The notes below the pieces were generated by a model, which saw only the letters and a list, made by a program, of their open reading frames with translations, was not told the origin of the DNA and did not search any database. A DNA stretch of 41,162 nucleotides, taken from a virus. Within the stretch, counting starts at the first letter, position 1. Each line of letters opens with the position of its first letter. The stretch is taken from positions 1 through 41,162 of IMG/VR virus record IMGVR_UViG_3300009709_000009. One strand, given 5' to 3'. A program made the position numbers and the translations under genes. Shown here piece after piece: positions 7,745 through 16,230 of the stretch.

Positions 7745-10102
7745 TCATGCTCGTTCATTATCTCTCTCCATCTGGCTTACCGCCTGCACACTCTCGTTAA
7801 ATTCCTGCGAACGATTAGCGCGCACTTCCGATTCCGCTCTAAACGCCGTATCCACCTGCTGTTGCTCAGTCTCACGGGCTTCCTTGTACTCCTCAAGATC
7901 CTGCTTGCGAACGTCTAGGCCGATCTCTGCAAGAATTTTGGCAGTCTGAGCCTGCATAAGATTTTGCTTAGCATCCATGTCAGCCATCTTAGCAGTAAAC
8001 TCTTGCTCTTGCTTAGATAGCTGCAACTGCAACTTTCCAGAATCAATCTCAAACTGAGCCTTATCCTTTTCGGCTCGCAATTGCATATCCTGCATTTTAC
8101 CCATAAGCTCTGCCTGCTTCAACTGAGCATCGGACTGAACCTTGGCCATCTGGGCTTGCGCTTTAGCCATTTCAGCTTCAGCAAGCTTGTTCTGAGCCTC
8201 GATAAGCGCCTGTTGCTCCCCGCCTTCTTGTGGTGGCTGGTACTGGCTGGCTTCATCAATGAAATTATCAATCAGCCCATCAAGTTCACGGCCAATACGA
8301 TAAGGTCCTAGAACAAAGTTCAGCATACCGCCTGCTAGAGCAGAGCCAGCCGGTCCCATTTGAGCCAAACCTTGCAACGCCTGAGACGCTGTTGAGAATG
8401 TGGTTAGAAACTCATTACGGCTAGACTTTTCCTGGATTTCATCCGTCAAAATAGTGCTATCTGATGCAATCTCGAATGCAAAGCAACGGCTTTTGTCGTT
8501 ACGCAATAGATCGAAAATAGCCTCGATTGGTATCTCAGAATTAGCCTCTTGCAGCATAGGTGCATATTTCTGCAAAATACCCTGCTGGGTTTCTTTGAAT
8601 TTGCCTTCTATTTCCTGTTGATCTTCAGGGGGTATTTCACCACCCGATTGCTGACGTATACCATTGACGTACTCTTCCGTCTTGGTTTTCAGCCCTTCGA
8701 TTTCTTTCTCAGCCGCCTGCTCAATGCCTTTAATCTGCTTATCAATCTGCGCTTGCGTTGATATAGGCATCTGAGACATTTCAATCAGTGTGTCTTTTGT
8801 GAAATTCTCACTGATGATTTCGGCTGAAATGCGTACTGCATCTGCTGCAATACGTTGCAACTCATCAATCTTTTGACGAACTCTAACAGAGCCATACTGC
8901 GTCTTAAGCTGCTGTGCGCCTAATGTCTCATCCGCTTCTGTAGCACCACGCATAATGTCAGAAATGCCAGATAACTGATAAAAGTCTTCAATCAGCTTAG
9001 ATCTTGCGTCAATCAACCCTGTGATAGCCGTGGCAACTTCAACCAATGGCATCCACGTGACCATGTTGGAAGCATCACCATTAATCGTAGGAACGAAGAT
9101 AACTGTTTCGTCATCTTCACTACGTATAAGCTCACTAACAGCATCCCGAATATCACCGCTACCCGCGACAATACCTTTAAGCTTAACTTTCTCCAAAAGA
9201 AGATAAATACGCGCTGTTAGGGTGTTTATTTTGTTGAAGTGAACAGCGTACCTGGTGTAATCAGGCACAGGAATAAGGGTGCGCCGAGCAATTGTTCCAT
9301 AAGCAGGACGAGGGCAAGGGAAAAAGTCTTTCAGCTTTAGATGTGGCTCATCCTCATCCAGAAGCAAATCAACGTTTTCAGATACCCAATAAACCTTATT
9401 GTCTGGACGGTGCCAAACCTCCCAAACGCTACCTTTTAACGACTTGTCGTCGCTGCCCCGATCTTCATCATCACGCCTCTTGGATAGCTTCACATCTTTG
9501 TAAACGTCTCCAGATGCCTTCGAGAAGCGCTTACGCAGCTCTTTACGTGTCATCCAAGCGCGACGAGCAACCCAGCCAACCTCAGACCATTTGCGGGCTG
9601 GTTCATGAAGGAAGTCAGTACGGTCCAAATGCTCAATGCAAACGCGCTGCTTGCCTTTTTCGGATTCATACGTAAGCCACATAACGCCGCGATTTGTGAA
9701 GATAAGGTCATCTCTCACCTCACACATAACGTCATCGATATTGGAGCGATCAAAGTTTGAGATAGATACGCGCTCTAACAGTTCAGCCGTTTTTGACTTA
9801 ACCGGATCACGATCTTTAAATTGTGTGGAAACTACAGGCTTTGGCGGGCGCGCATAAACAGCAGGCTTTAGGATTTCATATGAAGCCCAAAACAGGTCAA
9901 GCTCTCCATCGGTCCAGCTTTCGCCATATGGGCGATTGTATCCGTTGTATTTGCTGTAGACGTTATCAATGCGTTCGCATTCATCCTGCCATTCGCGGAA
10001 TTTATCTTTTGCGTTCTGCAACACGCCTAAGACAACGCTGGACGATTTTGGCTCGTCTTTTAATTCAAGCGTATCGGCTGGCTGAATTTCTTCTTCGTCC
10101 AC
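7745..10102 (-). CDS. Portal protein (785 aa) with a long C-terminal coiled-coil barrel.
   Basis: The size and the position upstream of scaffold and capsid fit a portal. The last ~170 aa are continuous A/Q/K/E heptad-like helix, as in P22-type portals. GTG start at 10102 with GAGG 7 nt upstream. Confidence 0.7.
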   Translation of the reverse strand: MDEEEIQPADTLELKDEPKSSSVVLGVLQNAKDKFREWQDECERIDNVYSKYNGYNRPYGESWTDGELDLFWASYEILKPAVYARPPKPVVSTQFKDRDPVKSKTAELLERVSISNFDRSNIDDVMCEVRDDLIFTNRGVMWLTYESEKGKQRVCIEHLDRTDFLHEPARKWSEVGWVARRAWMTRKELRKRFSKASGDVYKDVKLSKRRDDEDRGSDDKSLKGSVWEVWHRPDNKVYWVSENVDLLLDEDEPHLKLKDFFPCPRPAYGTIARRTLIPVPDYTRYAVHFNKINTLTARIYLLLEKVKLKGIVAGSGDIRDAVSELIRSEDDETVIFVPTINGDASNMVTWMPLVEVATAITGLIDARSKLIEDFYQLSGISDIMRGATEADETLGAQQLKTQYGSVRVRQKIDELQRIAADAVRISAEIISENFTKDTLIEMSQMPISTQAQIDKQIKGIEQAAEKEIEGLKTKTEEYVNGIRQQSGGEIPPEDQQEIEGKFKETQQGILQKYAPMLQEANSEIPIEAIFDLLRNDKSRCFAFEIASDSTILTDEIQEKSSRNEFLTTFSTASQALQGLAQMGPAGSALAGGMLNFVLGPYRIGRELDGLIDNFIDEASQYQPPQEGGEQQALIEAQNKLAEAEMAKAQAQMAKVQSDAQLKQAELMGKMQDMQLRAEKDKAQFEIDSGKLQLQLSKQEQEFTAKMADMDAKQNLMQAQTAKILAEIGLDVRKQDLEEYKEARETEQQQVDTAFRAESEVRANRSQEFNESVQAVSQMERDNERA

Positions 10103-10149
10103 GTTATGGCCTCATGTTGCTATAGCAAACGCAAGGTAGCACGTTGGGC

Positions 10150-10180
10150 AAGAAAAGAAAAGGCCCACCGAAGTGAGCCT
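10150..10180 (-). terminator. Intrinsic terminator between the terminase operon and the portal gene.
   Basis: Minus-strand RNA: aggcucac-UUCG-gugggccu followed by UUUCUUUUCUU. The one non-Watson-Crick position is a U-G wobble on the minus strand but a C-A mismatch on the plus strand, which supports minus-strand function. Confidence 0.65.
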
Positions 10181-10274
10181 ATGAAGTCACAGGTTGGAGG
10201 TGCCCGAGGACATTTAAACCCGCCTCCACTGCCAGTGTTACAAAGCCACCGCTGGCTGGGCAATCACAGCGAGA

Positions 10275-10643
10275 TTACTCGCAACCCGGCCTAATTACAA
10301 GGCTGTCTTTCCAGTCTACGTTGCCGCGTTTGTAGGAGGAGAAAATGATAGCTTCGATAGGACGGATGCATTTGAATGTACCCCATATATACTGTAGCGG
10401 GCTTGGCATGTGCGTAAACAAAAAAGCCCTGCCGTCACTTCCTCTGACCAGATACTTAAACTCCGGCGCAACGTGACCCCAATCAATGCTGTCTGGTGTT
10501 TTGGCGATGCGGTATTCACAACGCGCCCAATCCCACAAAGGATTAGGCATATATCCATCCTCTGTATGAATCTCCTCCCCATCCACATAAGCCTGCATCA
10601 CTTCAATCATGCGCTTGGTGCGTTCGATGTGGTCTTTATTCAT
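10275..10643 (-). CDS. Hypothetical protein (122 aa from ATG 10643).
   Basis: ORF track. A GGAGAA RBS lies 7 nt before ATG 10643. Confidence 0.6.
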   Translation of the reverse strand: MNKDHIERTKRMIEVMQAYVDGEEIHTEDGYMPNPLWDWARCEYRIAKTPDSIDWGHVAPEFKYLVRGSDGRAFLFTHMPSPLQYIWGTFKCIRPIEAIIFSSYKRGNVDWKDSLVIRPGCE

Positions 10644-10712
10644 TGCTTGTTTCTCCAAAAAAATAAATATACCCTTTATAATCAAATTTAGTCGCCATAT
10701 ATGCTGGGTGAA

Positions 10713-11039
10713 TCAAACCTCGCCGCGAGCTTTGGCTAACGCTGCCAATGCGAACGCAACCATTGGGCTTTCCTTAAACTCCAGAGGAAAAAGTCCAAGC
10801 ACGTCTTGCAAGGATTCATAAAGCTCTGGCGCTGCGGCGATTAGGTGGGCATTGGCATAACCTTCTTCGTATTCTGGACCTTGGCACCAGCTCGAATTGG
10901 AAACAGGCGTGATCCGGCAATCTGTGACAGGGTAGCCCATTCCGTAATTCGATAGGTCATCAGGATTGCAAGCGCCCCAAACGACCGTTGTTCCGCCTTC
11001 TACGCGCCAAGGCCCCTTTGTAAACTTTGCCTCACTCAT
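10713..11039 (-). CDS. Hypothetical protein, paralog of 11036..11329 (108 aa).
   Basis: The N-terminus MSEAKFTKGPW resembles MSEVKHTPTPW of the upstream gene. It also has ANAHLIAAAPELYESL. Its start overlaps the upstream stop by 4 nt. Confidence 0.6.
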   Translation of the reverse strand: MSEAKFTKGPWRVEGGTTVVWGACNPDDLSNYGMGYPVTDCRITPVSNSSWCQGPEYEEGYANAHLIAAAPELYESLQDVLGLFPLEFKESPMVAFALAALAKARGEV

Positions 11040-11329
11040 AGCGCCCCTGCTTTCTTGAGGGCTTCACGAACAACATCAAGAAGACGACGACCATCAGGAA
11101 GGAATCGTTCGGCGCTCACTTCTGTCACCGCCAACTTCAAAGCCCCCACCAACTCATCATGCAGGTTCACGCATTTGACGATGTGGTCGGCGCTGGCCTT
11201 ATCGAATGTTCCCTGTTCATCGGCTACACTGATGCCGTCGCTACCAACAACGTCAAATCTTTCTTGTCCATAACCGTCCGCAAGATCATGGTACGTCCAA
11301 GGCGTCGGCGTGTGCTTAACTTCACTCAT
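11036..11329 (-). CDS. Hypothetical protein, paralog of 10713..11039 (97 aa from ATG 11329).
   Basis: A GGAGAG RBS lies 6 nt before ATG 11329. The N-terminus is MSEVKHTPTPW. Confidence 0.6.
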   Translation of the reverse strand: MSEVKHTPTPWTYHDLADGYGQERFDVVGSDGISVADEQGTFDKASADHIVKCVNLHDELVGALKLAVTEVSAERFLPDGRRLLDVVREALKKAGAL

Positions 11330-11373
11330 TTTCTTCTCTCCACTAAGACTATTCACTCTATATGTTGACGCTA

Positions 11374-12927
11374 TCACCTTCTACGCTGCATTGTCAACGG
11401 CTTTGCGTAAACAGCGTTATAATCTTGCACAGGATCTGGTTTCTTCATTTTGCCGGTCGTCATTCTATCCATTAGCTGACCTGCAAGGCCCAACGCGTCA
11501 ACCTGGTCATCATGAACTCCTACAGGGAAACTCATCATTTCGCTTATCAACGCTTCCAAACCCGGCAAGTCCTCACTGATATACAGACCAGACAAAGCCA
11601 TGCGACCACGAATAGACTGCGCGCGCACGGACTTGTCGCCACGGGTTGGGAACTGCTCACGCGCCACATACGAACCAGTCTCCAGCATACGTTTCACAAG
11701 GAACGGTCCAACACCTGATTTAATCTGTCCTGTTTCCTCAGCCCAACCAATCGGCTTCCACTTGCGTACCAAATCACAGAATGAATCAACCCACCTATCA
11801 GAGGATGATTGCTGCCGCCATAGATCTAGTAGCCAAACACGATCCATAGAATCAACGCCAACGACAACGTGAACAGTGTAATCTCCACCGTTGTTTGTAA
11901 CTGCATAGTCGGACGCTCCGTAGATTGAAATGGTTTCCCGCAGCGGGATCTGAGATGCGGGGACAATCTTGAGCCATTCCTTTTTGAAATAATCACCGCT
12001 GTCTGGGGCTGGCCGCTGCTGGAATAGTGCTGACCATGTGCGCGGGTTCTTTCTAAAGTTAGACCAATGCCTTTCATCAAACCACTCAGGCCAGATCATT
12101 TCCCCAATCTTACGACCTAAAGGATCATCTTCACGTTCGCACTCGGCTTGGAGGCTGATAACCTCCCATTCAAATCCATCCTTCCCCATGATAATACCGG
12201 ACTCACCGTTGTAGTTATCAGGTAGAATGCGTCCCGTAGGGTCATCCTCATGCCATCGAGTAAGAATGAAGGCCACACTTCCTCCAGGCTTTAAGCGCGT
12301 CTTTACTGAATCCTCATACTCGTCCCATGTCCGCTGTCTGATAGTTTCTGAATCTGCGTCCTGACGCCCTTTGATTGGATCGTCGATAGCAATGAAGTCA
12401 GCACGGTTACCTGTGATGCCGGAGATAATACCGCCTGACATATATTCAGACCCATTAGCCAGCGCCCATTCGTCAGCGGCCGCCTGATCTCCAGAAATTC
12501 CCGTATCGAACAATGCGGTGTATTTTTTTTGCTTAATGATTGATCGTGTTCTGCGGCCAAACTTCTTAGCCATGTCAGACCCGTAAGACACTCCAATCAT
12601 TCTGAAGCCGGGGGTAGTTCCCATAGCCCATGAAGGCGCCACCACGCTGGCATATGTTGACTTAGCGCTACCTGGCGGCATGAACAACATAAGGCGACCG
12701 TAAGGCTTCTCGATACAACGCTGTAAAGCCTCAAGCATCAATATGTGATGATGAGCAAGAACCGTCTCCGCTAGATGCAAGGCCGTATCACTTGTGTCGT
12801 CCTGATCCTCAACAGGCGCGCCTGGAACATCAATATATCGGGCATAGTCTACAAGCGATCGCCTAGCCTTCCGTCTTGCTAGAAGCTCCTGCGCGGCCTG
12901 CTGTGGCGATATGGGCAAGTTCTTCAT
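11374..12927 (-). CDS. terL: Terminase large subunit (517 aa).
   Basis: Walker A-like MPPGSAKST, an N-terminal ARRKARRSLVDYARYI motif, a C-terminal nuclease-type region (YGASDYA...DD) and a position after terS. Confidence 0.9.
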   Translation of the reverse strand: MKNLPISPQQAAQELLARRKARRSLVDYARYIDVPGAPVEDQDDTSDTALHLAETVLAHHHILMLEALQRCIEKPYGRLMLFMPPGSAKSTYASVVAPSWAMGTTPGFRMIGVSYGSDMAKKFGRRTRSIIKQKKYTALFDTGISGDQAAADEWALANGSEYMSGGIISGITGNRADFIAIDDPIKGRQDADSETIRQRTWDEYEDSVKTRLKPGGSVAFILTRWHEDDPTGRILPDNYNGESGIIMGKDGFEWEVISLQAECEREDDPLGRKIGEMIWPEWFDERHWSNFRKNPRTWSALFQQRPAPDSGDYFKKEWLKIVPASQIPLRETISIYGASDYAVTNNGGDYTVHVVVGVDSMDRVWLLDLWRQQSSSDRWVDSFCDLVRKWKPIGWAEETGQIKSGVGPFLVKRMLETGSYVAREQFPTRGDKSVRAQSIRGRMALSGLYISEDLPGLEALISEMMSFPVGVHDDQVDALGLAGQLMDRMTTGKMKKPDPVQDYNAVYAKPLTMQRRR

Positions 12928-13291
12928 CAGTCAATTCACCTAAGCTGTGCTTGTGTTCCATACTTCCAGTCTGGTGGACTTCTTTTCGCTCTGTATAGTC
13001 TTCACGAAAGCGCGCTTCCATAGACTTCTTCCACACAGCGGCGTTAAAACCACCGCCGCCCAGAAACATGCCTTCACGACCTGCTTTTTCCCACCAAGAC
13101 TGGCAATGAGCTTGTGCTCTAGTGAGCGCTTCTAAAAACTCAGGATTTTCAGCGGCCCAATTATCAATTGTCTGTCTGGAAACATCGAAATGAGCAGCCA
13201 TTTGAACTAAGGAATCTCCTTGTTTCCCTAGCTCAATGACCGTCTCACAATATTCTGGTTTGTATAGGGTTGGCCTTCCACCAGCCATCAC
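12863..13291 (-). CDS. terS: Terminase small subunit with an HTH (about 141 aa).
   Basis: GGRPTLYKPEYCETVIELGKQG...QTIDNWAAENPEFLEAL is the classic terS N-terminal HTH pattern. The start is GTG 13291 or ATG 13288. The 3' end overlaps terL by 65 nt. Confidence 0.85.
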   Translation of the reverse strand: MMAGGRPTLYKPEYCETVIELGKQGDSLVQMAAHFDVSRQTIDNWAAENPEFLEALTRAQAHCQSWWEKAGREGMFLGGGGFNAAVWKKSMEARFREDYTERKEVHQTGSMEHKHSLGELTDEELAHIATAGRAGASSKTEG

Positions 13292-13539
13292 TAATTACCT
13301 TTGCATGAGTTGATAGTAGCTGAAACATAATATGCAATCATTTTATTGATTTGGTCTTCACCTCTATCAAGAAGTGCTTCACCCCCTGAAAATGTAACAT
13401 TAGTTAAATTTTTTCCGTCTTTATTGAATTCAGCCTTAAATCCATTATCAATGTATTCATGGAATGACATTTCAATTCCATTTTCATCAATAAATGGCGT
13501 AATAAGCTTTTTAAATGTGTTCTTAATTTTCTCCATCAC
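13291..13539 (-). CDS. Hypothetical protein (82 aa), AT-rich.
   Basis: ORF track. It has a 4-nt start/stop overlap with the upstream gene. Confidence 0.55.
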   Translation of the reverse strand: MMEKIKNTFKKLITPFIDENGIEMSFHEYIDNGFKAEFNKDGKNLTNVTFSGGEALLDRGEDQINKMIAYYVSATINSCKGN

Positions 13540-13718
13540 TCATATTCCTTCAAACATTTAACCTGAGCTTCCAGGAATTCAATCACACTTGCCACCGGCA
13601 TGCTTGTCACCATCAAATTTACTGCGCATTCACAAAATTCCATTGATTGTCTTGCAAGGAAGAAATTGACTTCATCATCCACTATATCCTGAAGAGCCTT
13701 CTTGCCTTTCTTTGACAT
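13536..13718 (-). CDS. Hypothetical protein (60 aa from ATG 13718).
   Basis: GGGAGG lies ~9 nt upstream of ATG 13718, which sits just after the GcrA-like stop codon. The track ORF extends to 13769. Confidence 0.5.
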   Translation of the reverse strand: MSKKGKKALQDIVDDEVNFFLARQSMEFCECAVNLMVTSMPVASVIEFLEAQVKCLKEYE

Positions 13719-13719
13719 G

Positions 13720-14388
13720 TCATGCATCCTCCCTGACAATATTTTTATCATAGCTCTTTCGATAGCCAAAGTCTATGCCTGAGTATCCCGTTGTTTTCGT
13801 GACATGATGCTGGCAGTATCGGCTTTTCAGGTGGCGTGTATGAGAGCAAAACCTATGATTTTCTGGTCCCGATGTTAAAGGATAGAAACATCCAGTGTTT
13901 TCGACCAATGATAGACCTGGCAACCTTCCAATCTCGTATTCATCAAGACCCGGATCAAAGTATGTAGCTGTTTTCGTCCCATGGAATTGTGGATGAACGC
14001 GTCCTGCATTCGAGATAGTCTTTGCCTTCTTAGGCTTATCTGGTGATGATGCACGACGACTAGGCATGATAGACCTGTTGCGTTGAGCAAGAAGTTGAAC
14101 AGCGTTTGTTGTCACACCCATTTCTGAGGCTATTTCCTCGTATGTCTTACCCTCTTTCCATAGCTTTCCGGCTTTTACAATATCCAGGTTCTGAATAAAA
14201 GACCCTCTTTTTTTAATCCCTTCCTTTGTTGGAAACAGGTCCTTATTCCGGCTTGCCATTCCTGAAACCATGTTTCGGGTTATTCCATATTCCTTTGCTA
14301 TATCGAGATATGATTTGTCATTTGCCCACATAAGAGCGCATGCCTGAATGATCTCCGGCGTCCAGCGCCAGCTTGCACGAGGGGTCAT
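13720..14388 (-). CDS. GcrA-like cell-cycle regulator with a duplicated N-terminal HTH (222 aa from ATG 14388).
   Basis: There are two copies of the GcrA N-domain pattern: W-TPEIIQACALMWANDKSYLDIAKEYGITRNMVSGMASRN and IVKAGKLWKEGKTYEEIASEMGVTTNAVQLLAQRN. The GcrA-type C-terminus is GCFYPL..GPENHRFCSH...SRYCQHH. An AAGGAGA RBS lies 7 nt before ATG 14388. Confidence 0.75.
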   Translation of the reverse strand: MTPRASWRWTPEIIQACALMWANDKSYLDIAKEYGITRNMVSGMASRNKDLFPTKEGIKKRGSFIQNLDIVKAGKLWKEGKTYEEIASEMGVTTNAVQLLAQRNRSIMPSRRASSPDKPKKAKTISNAGRVHPQFHGTKTATYFDPGLDEYEIGRLPGLSLVENTGCFYPLTSGPENHRFCSHTRHLKSRYCQHHVTKTTGYSGIDFGYRKSYDKNIVREDA

Positions 14389-14546
14389 TTGGAATTCTCC
14401 TTCTGATAACGCCGCACAGCTAACACCAATTGAGACATACATTCCGCACTGTGCTTTCCCGCCTTATGCGCTTCAACTTCTTTGATTAGGACTTCCACCA
14501 GGTGGTTGCGTGAGCCGCCTTTGCGGGAGTTGTTAGGGTCGTACAT
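14385..14546 (-). CDS. Hypothetical 53-aa protein, translationally coupled to the GcrA-like gene.
   Basis: Not in the track because it is under 60 aa. I translated it by hand as MYDPNNSRKGGSRNHLVEVLIKEVEAHKAGKHSAECMSQLVLAVRRYQKENSK. A GAGGAG RBS precedes it. Its stop forms an ATGA overlap with ATG 14388. Confidence 0.5.
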   Translation of the reverse strand: MYDPNNSRKGGSRNHLVEVLIKEVEAHKAGKHSAECMSQLVLAVRRYQKENSK

Positions 14547-14547
14547 G

Positions 14548-14772
14548 TCAGTTCTCCTCTGATGCTAGTTTGTAAGCGACGATATCCAAAGGGTGATTAT
14601 ATTTATGATTAAAGTTTCCTTTATCGTAAGAATACCACTCCTTAACTCTCATAAAGTTTTCAAGTTCTTCTCCAGTCCTAAGCTTGACCATTGCTGGAAT
14701 AGTCTCCAACGTCTCCGGATAAGGCTTCTCCGGCGTCCATTTCCATTCGGTCCAGTATTTATCTGTTGTCAT
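14548..14772 (-). CDS. Hypothetical protein (74 aa from ATG 14772).
   Basis: ORF track. GGGAG lies 8 nt before ATG 14772. Confidence 0.55.
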   Translation of the reverse strand: MTTDKYWTEWKWTPEKPYPETLETIPAMVKLRTGEELENFMRVKEWYSYDKGNFNHKYNHPLDIVAYKLASEEN

Positions 14773-14932
14773 AACCAAGCTCCCGTAAAACACATTTTAC
14801 TAGCGGAATAAGACTCTCCGCATAGCATATCTCAACCTCATATTCTCCATCTTCTGACCGCGCATTTTCTTTCACCCCTTCATTGCGAAGAGCGTATTCA
14901 ACCGCATTAAAAATCTCCAATTCTGTTTTCAC
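14759..14932 (-). CDS. Hypothetical protein (57 aa from GTG 14932).
   Basis: GTG 14932 forms a GTGA overlap with the upstream stop, and GGGAGG lies 9 nt upstream. The track ORF begins at TTG 14971. Confidence 0.45.
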   Translation of the reverse strand: MKTELEIFNAVEYALRNEGVKENARSEDGEYEVEICYAESLIPLVKCVLRELGYDNR

Positions 14933-15252
14933 TTCCCATACCTCCCATAAATACGCCCCACATTCGCACAAAAACCGGGCAAGGAGCCGTTTCTTGCGTA
15001 TTCCTCACCCATACTGGCCGCCGCGTTACGGATCGACTGTACGAAGCTCTCTGGGGAAACTTTAACATGCGGAGCAACAACGTTAACCAGTTCATTGATT
15101 GCGCCCTGATCTGGTGCCAACTCACAGAACTGTCTGGCGGTCTCCATACGGATCAACCCCATCAAAGCATCTACAGGCTCCAGGCTGGCTGCAGATGCTG
15201 GCGCTGAGAAGATCGCGGCTGAAACTAGGATAGATTTAAGCATCGGCATCAT
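14929..15252 (-). CDS. Secreted/periplasmic small protein with a signal peptide (about 107 aa).
   Basis: MMPMLKSILVSAAIFSAPASA-ASLEP is a canonical Sec signal with an AxA cleavage site. A GAGGAG RBS precedes the start. Confidence 0.6.
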   Translation of the reverse strand: MMPMLKSILVSAAIFSAPASAASLEPVDALMGLIRMETARQFCELAPDQGAINELVNVVAPHVKVSPESFVQSIRNAAASMGEEYARNGSLPGFCANVGRIYGRYGK

Positions 15253-15421
15253 AAAACTCCTCGTGCTTTGGCAGCATCTCCAACTTGCCTGTTTTACCAT
15301 AAAGCAAAATATCTAAAACCTGACCGTCTTCAGTCTCGATACACATTCTCCGAGAATCCGCATTTGAAAGGAATCTTTTTTTCAACGTAATCGACTTAAC
15401 TCTGTGTAGAACGATTTCCAT
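15236..15421 (-). CDS. Hypothetical protein (61 aa from ATG 15421).
   Basis: A GGAGAG RBS lies 7 nt before ATG 15421. The track ORF extends to 15502 in the same frame. Confidence 0.5.
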   Translation of the reverse strand: MEIVLHRVKSITLKKRFLSNADSRRMCIETEDGQVLDILLYGKTGKLEMLPKHEEFYDADA

Positions 15422-15513
15422 TAAAATCTCTCCAAATACGATGCGATACACGCACCAACCAAAATTGCGAAACACGCAAATACGGGAATTGCCAAGAACC
15501 AATAGTGTGACAT
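15421..15513 (-). CDS. 30-aa hydrophobic membrane micropeptide.
   Basis: Hand translation gives MSHYWFLAIPVFACFAILVGACIASYLERF. Its ATG directly follows the stop of 15514..15747, and its stop overlaps the next ATG (TAATG). Confidence 0.4.
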   Translation of the reverse strand: MSHYWFLAIPVFACFAILVGACIASYLERF

Positions 15514-15747
15514 TTATTTCCTTGCCTCCAGCATGGCGTCAGCGTAACGATAGTAATACTCGGCCCGAAGCACTAAGAAATTTTGATCAATGTCACTTTC
15601 AAAAAATCCGAATGAACTATTCGCACTGTCACCCGCCAACGCCTGCCCCGCAAAATAATCACGCAGGGTCATGCCGGGATCAGGGTAAAGCCCTCCAGTT
15701 CCTTCACATGGAAATGCGCCGCCACCATTTTCATTATCTGTCATCAT
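15514..15747 (-). CDS. Conserved phage hypothetical protein (77 aa), first gene of the leftward operon.
   Basis: GMTLRDYFAGQALAG...YRYADAMLEAR is a recurrent pattern in small phage proteins. A GGAGAA RBS precedes it. Confidence 0.6.
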   Translation of the reverse strand: MMTDNENGGGAFPCEGTGGLYPDPGMTLRDYFAGQALAGDSANSSFGFFESDIDQNFLVLRAEYYYRYADAMLEARK

Positions 15748-15776
15748 TTCATTTCTCCACTCGTTTCAATAGCCCC

Positions 15777-15804
15777 ACACTACACCATAGCAAACGCATG
15801 TCAA
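15777..15804 (-). promoter_or_regulatory. Candidate leftward sigma70-type promoter.
   Basis: Minus strand: TTGACA (15804-15799), a 16-nt spacer, then TAGTGT (15782-15777), about 30 nt upstream of the first leftward ATG. Confidence 0.45.
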
Positions 15805-16200
15805 CATAAAATGTGAGAAAAAGTTAAGTCATTGATTTTGTTAATTATCTCGTTTTTTCTCTAAAAATCTCAACAGAAAAGAGAGGTATGTTTTCTTTTA
15901 AAATCAATGACTTAAATTACGTTTACACATTATTTCGGGATTTCGGTATATAAGGGGTAATATTGGCAATCATAATATCAGGAGTCCTATAAGGGGTAAG
16001 CACTTGATTTTATTAAATAATAAAGATTCTAACCTATACAGTATCTAGAGATACTATATTCTTCTTTACCCCTCTATTACAGGAAAAGCCGAGATAATGT
16101 GTAAATGCATGCTAAAACATTGAAAAGTAAAAACAATCCTTATCTCAAAAATCAATGTATTTTAGCGGGATTATGTGTAAAACAAAAAACACCGACAAGG
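15805..16200. promoter_or_regulatory. AT-rich divergent control region or candidate origin with three repeat families.
   Basis: Family A: AAAATCAATGAC(TTAA) at 15900-15915, its perfect 16-nt inverted copy at 15824-15839, and a partial copy at 16147-16158. Family B: ATAATGTGTAAA at about 16094-16105, TTATGTGTAAAA at about 16171-16182, and an inverted copy at about 15921-15933. Family C: TATAAGGGGTAA at 15949-15960 and 15988-15999, plus an inverted AGGGGTAA at about 16067-16074. A further palindrome, agtatct-ag-agatact, lies at about 16050-16065. Confidence 0.6.
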
Positions 16201-16201
16201 G

Positions 16202-16230
16202 TTGACAAGCTCCAAATGATGGATTATTCA
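16202..16230 (+). promoter_or_regulatory. Candidate rightward sigma70-type promoter.
   Basis: TTGACA (16202-16207), a 17-nt spacer, then TATTCA (16225-16230). It is followed by an AAGGAGAAAA RBS and ATG 16263. Confidence 0.5.
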
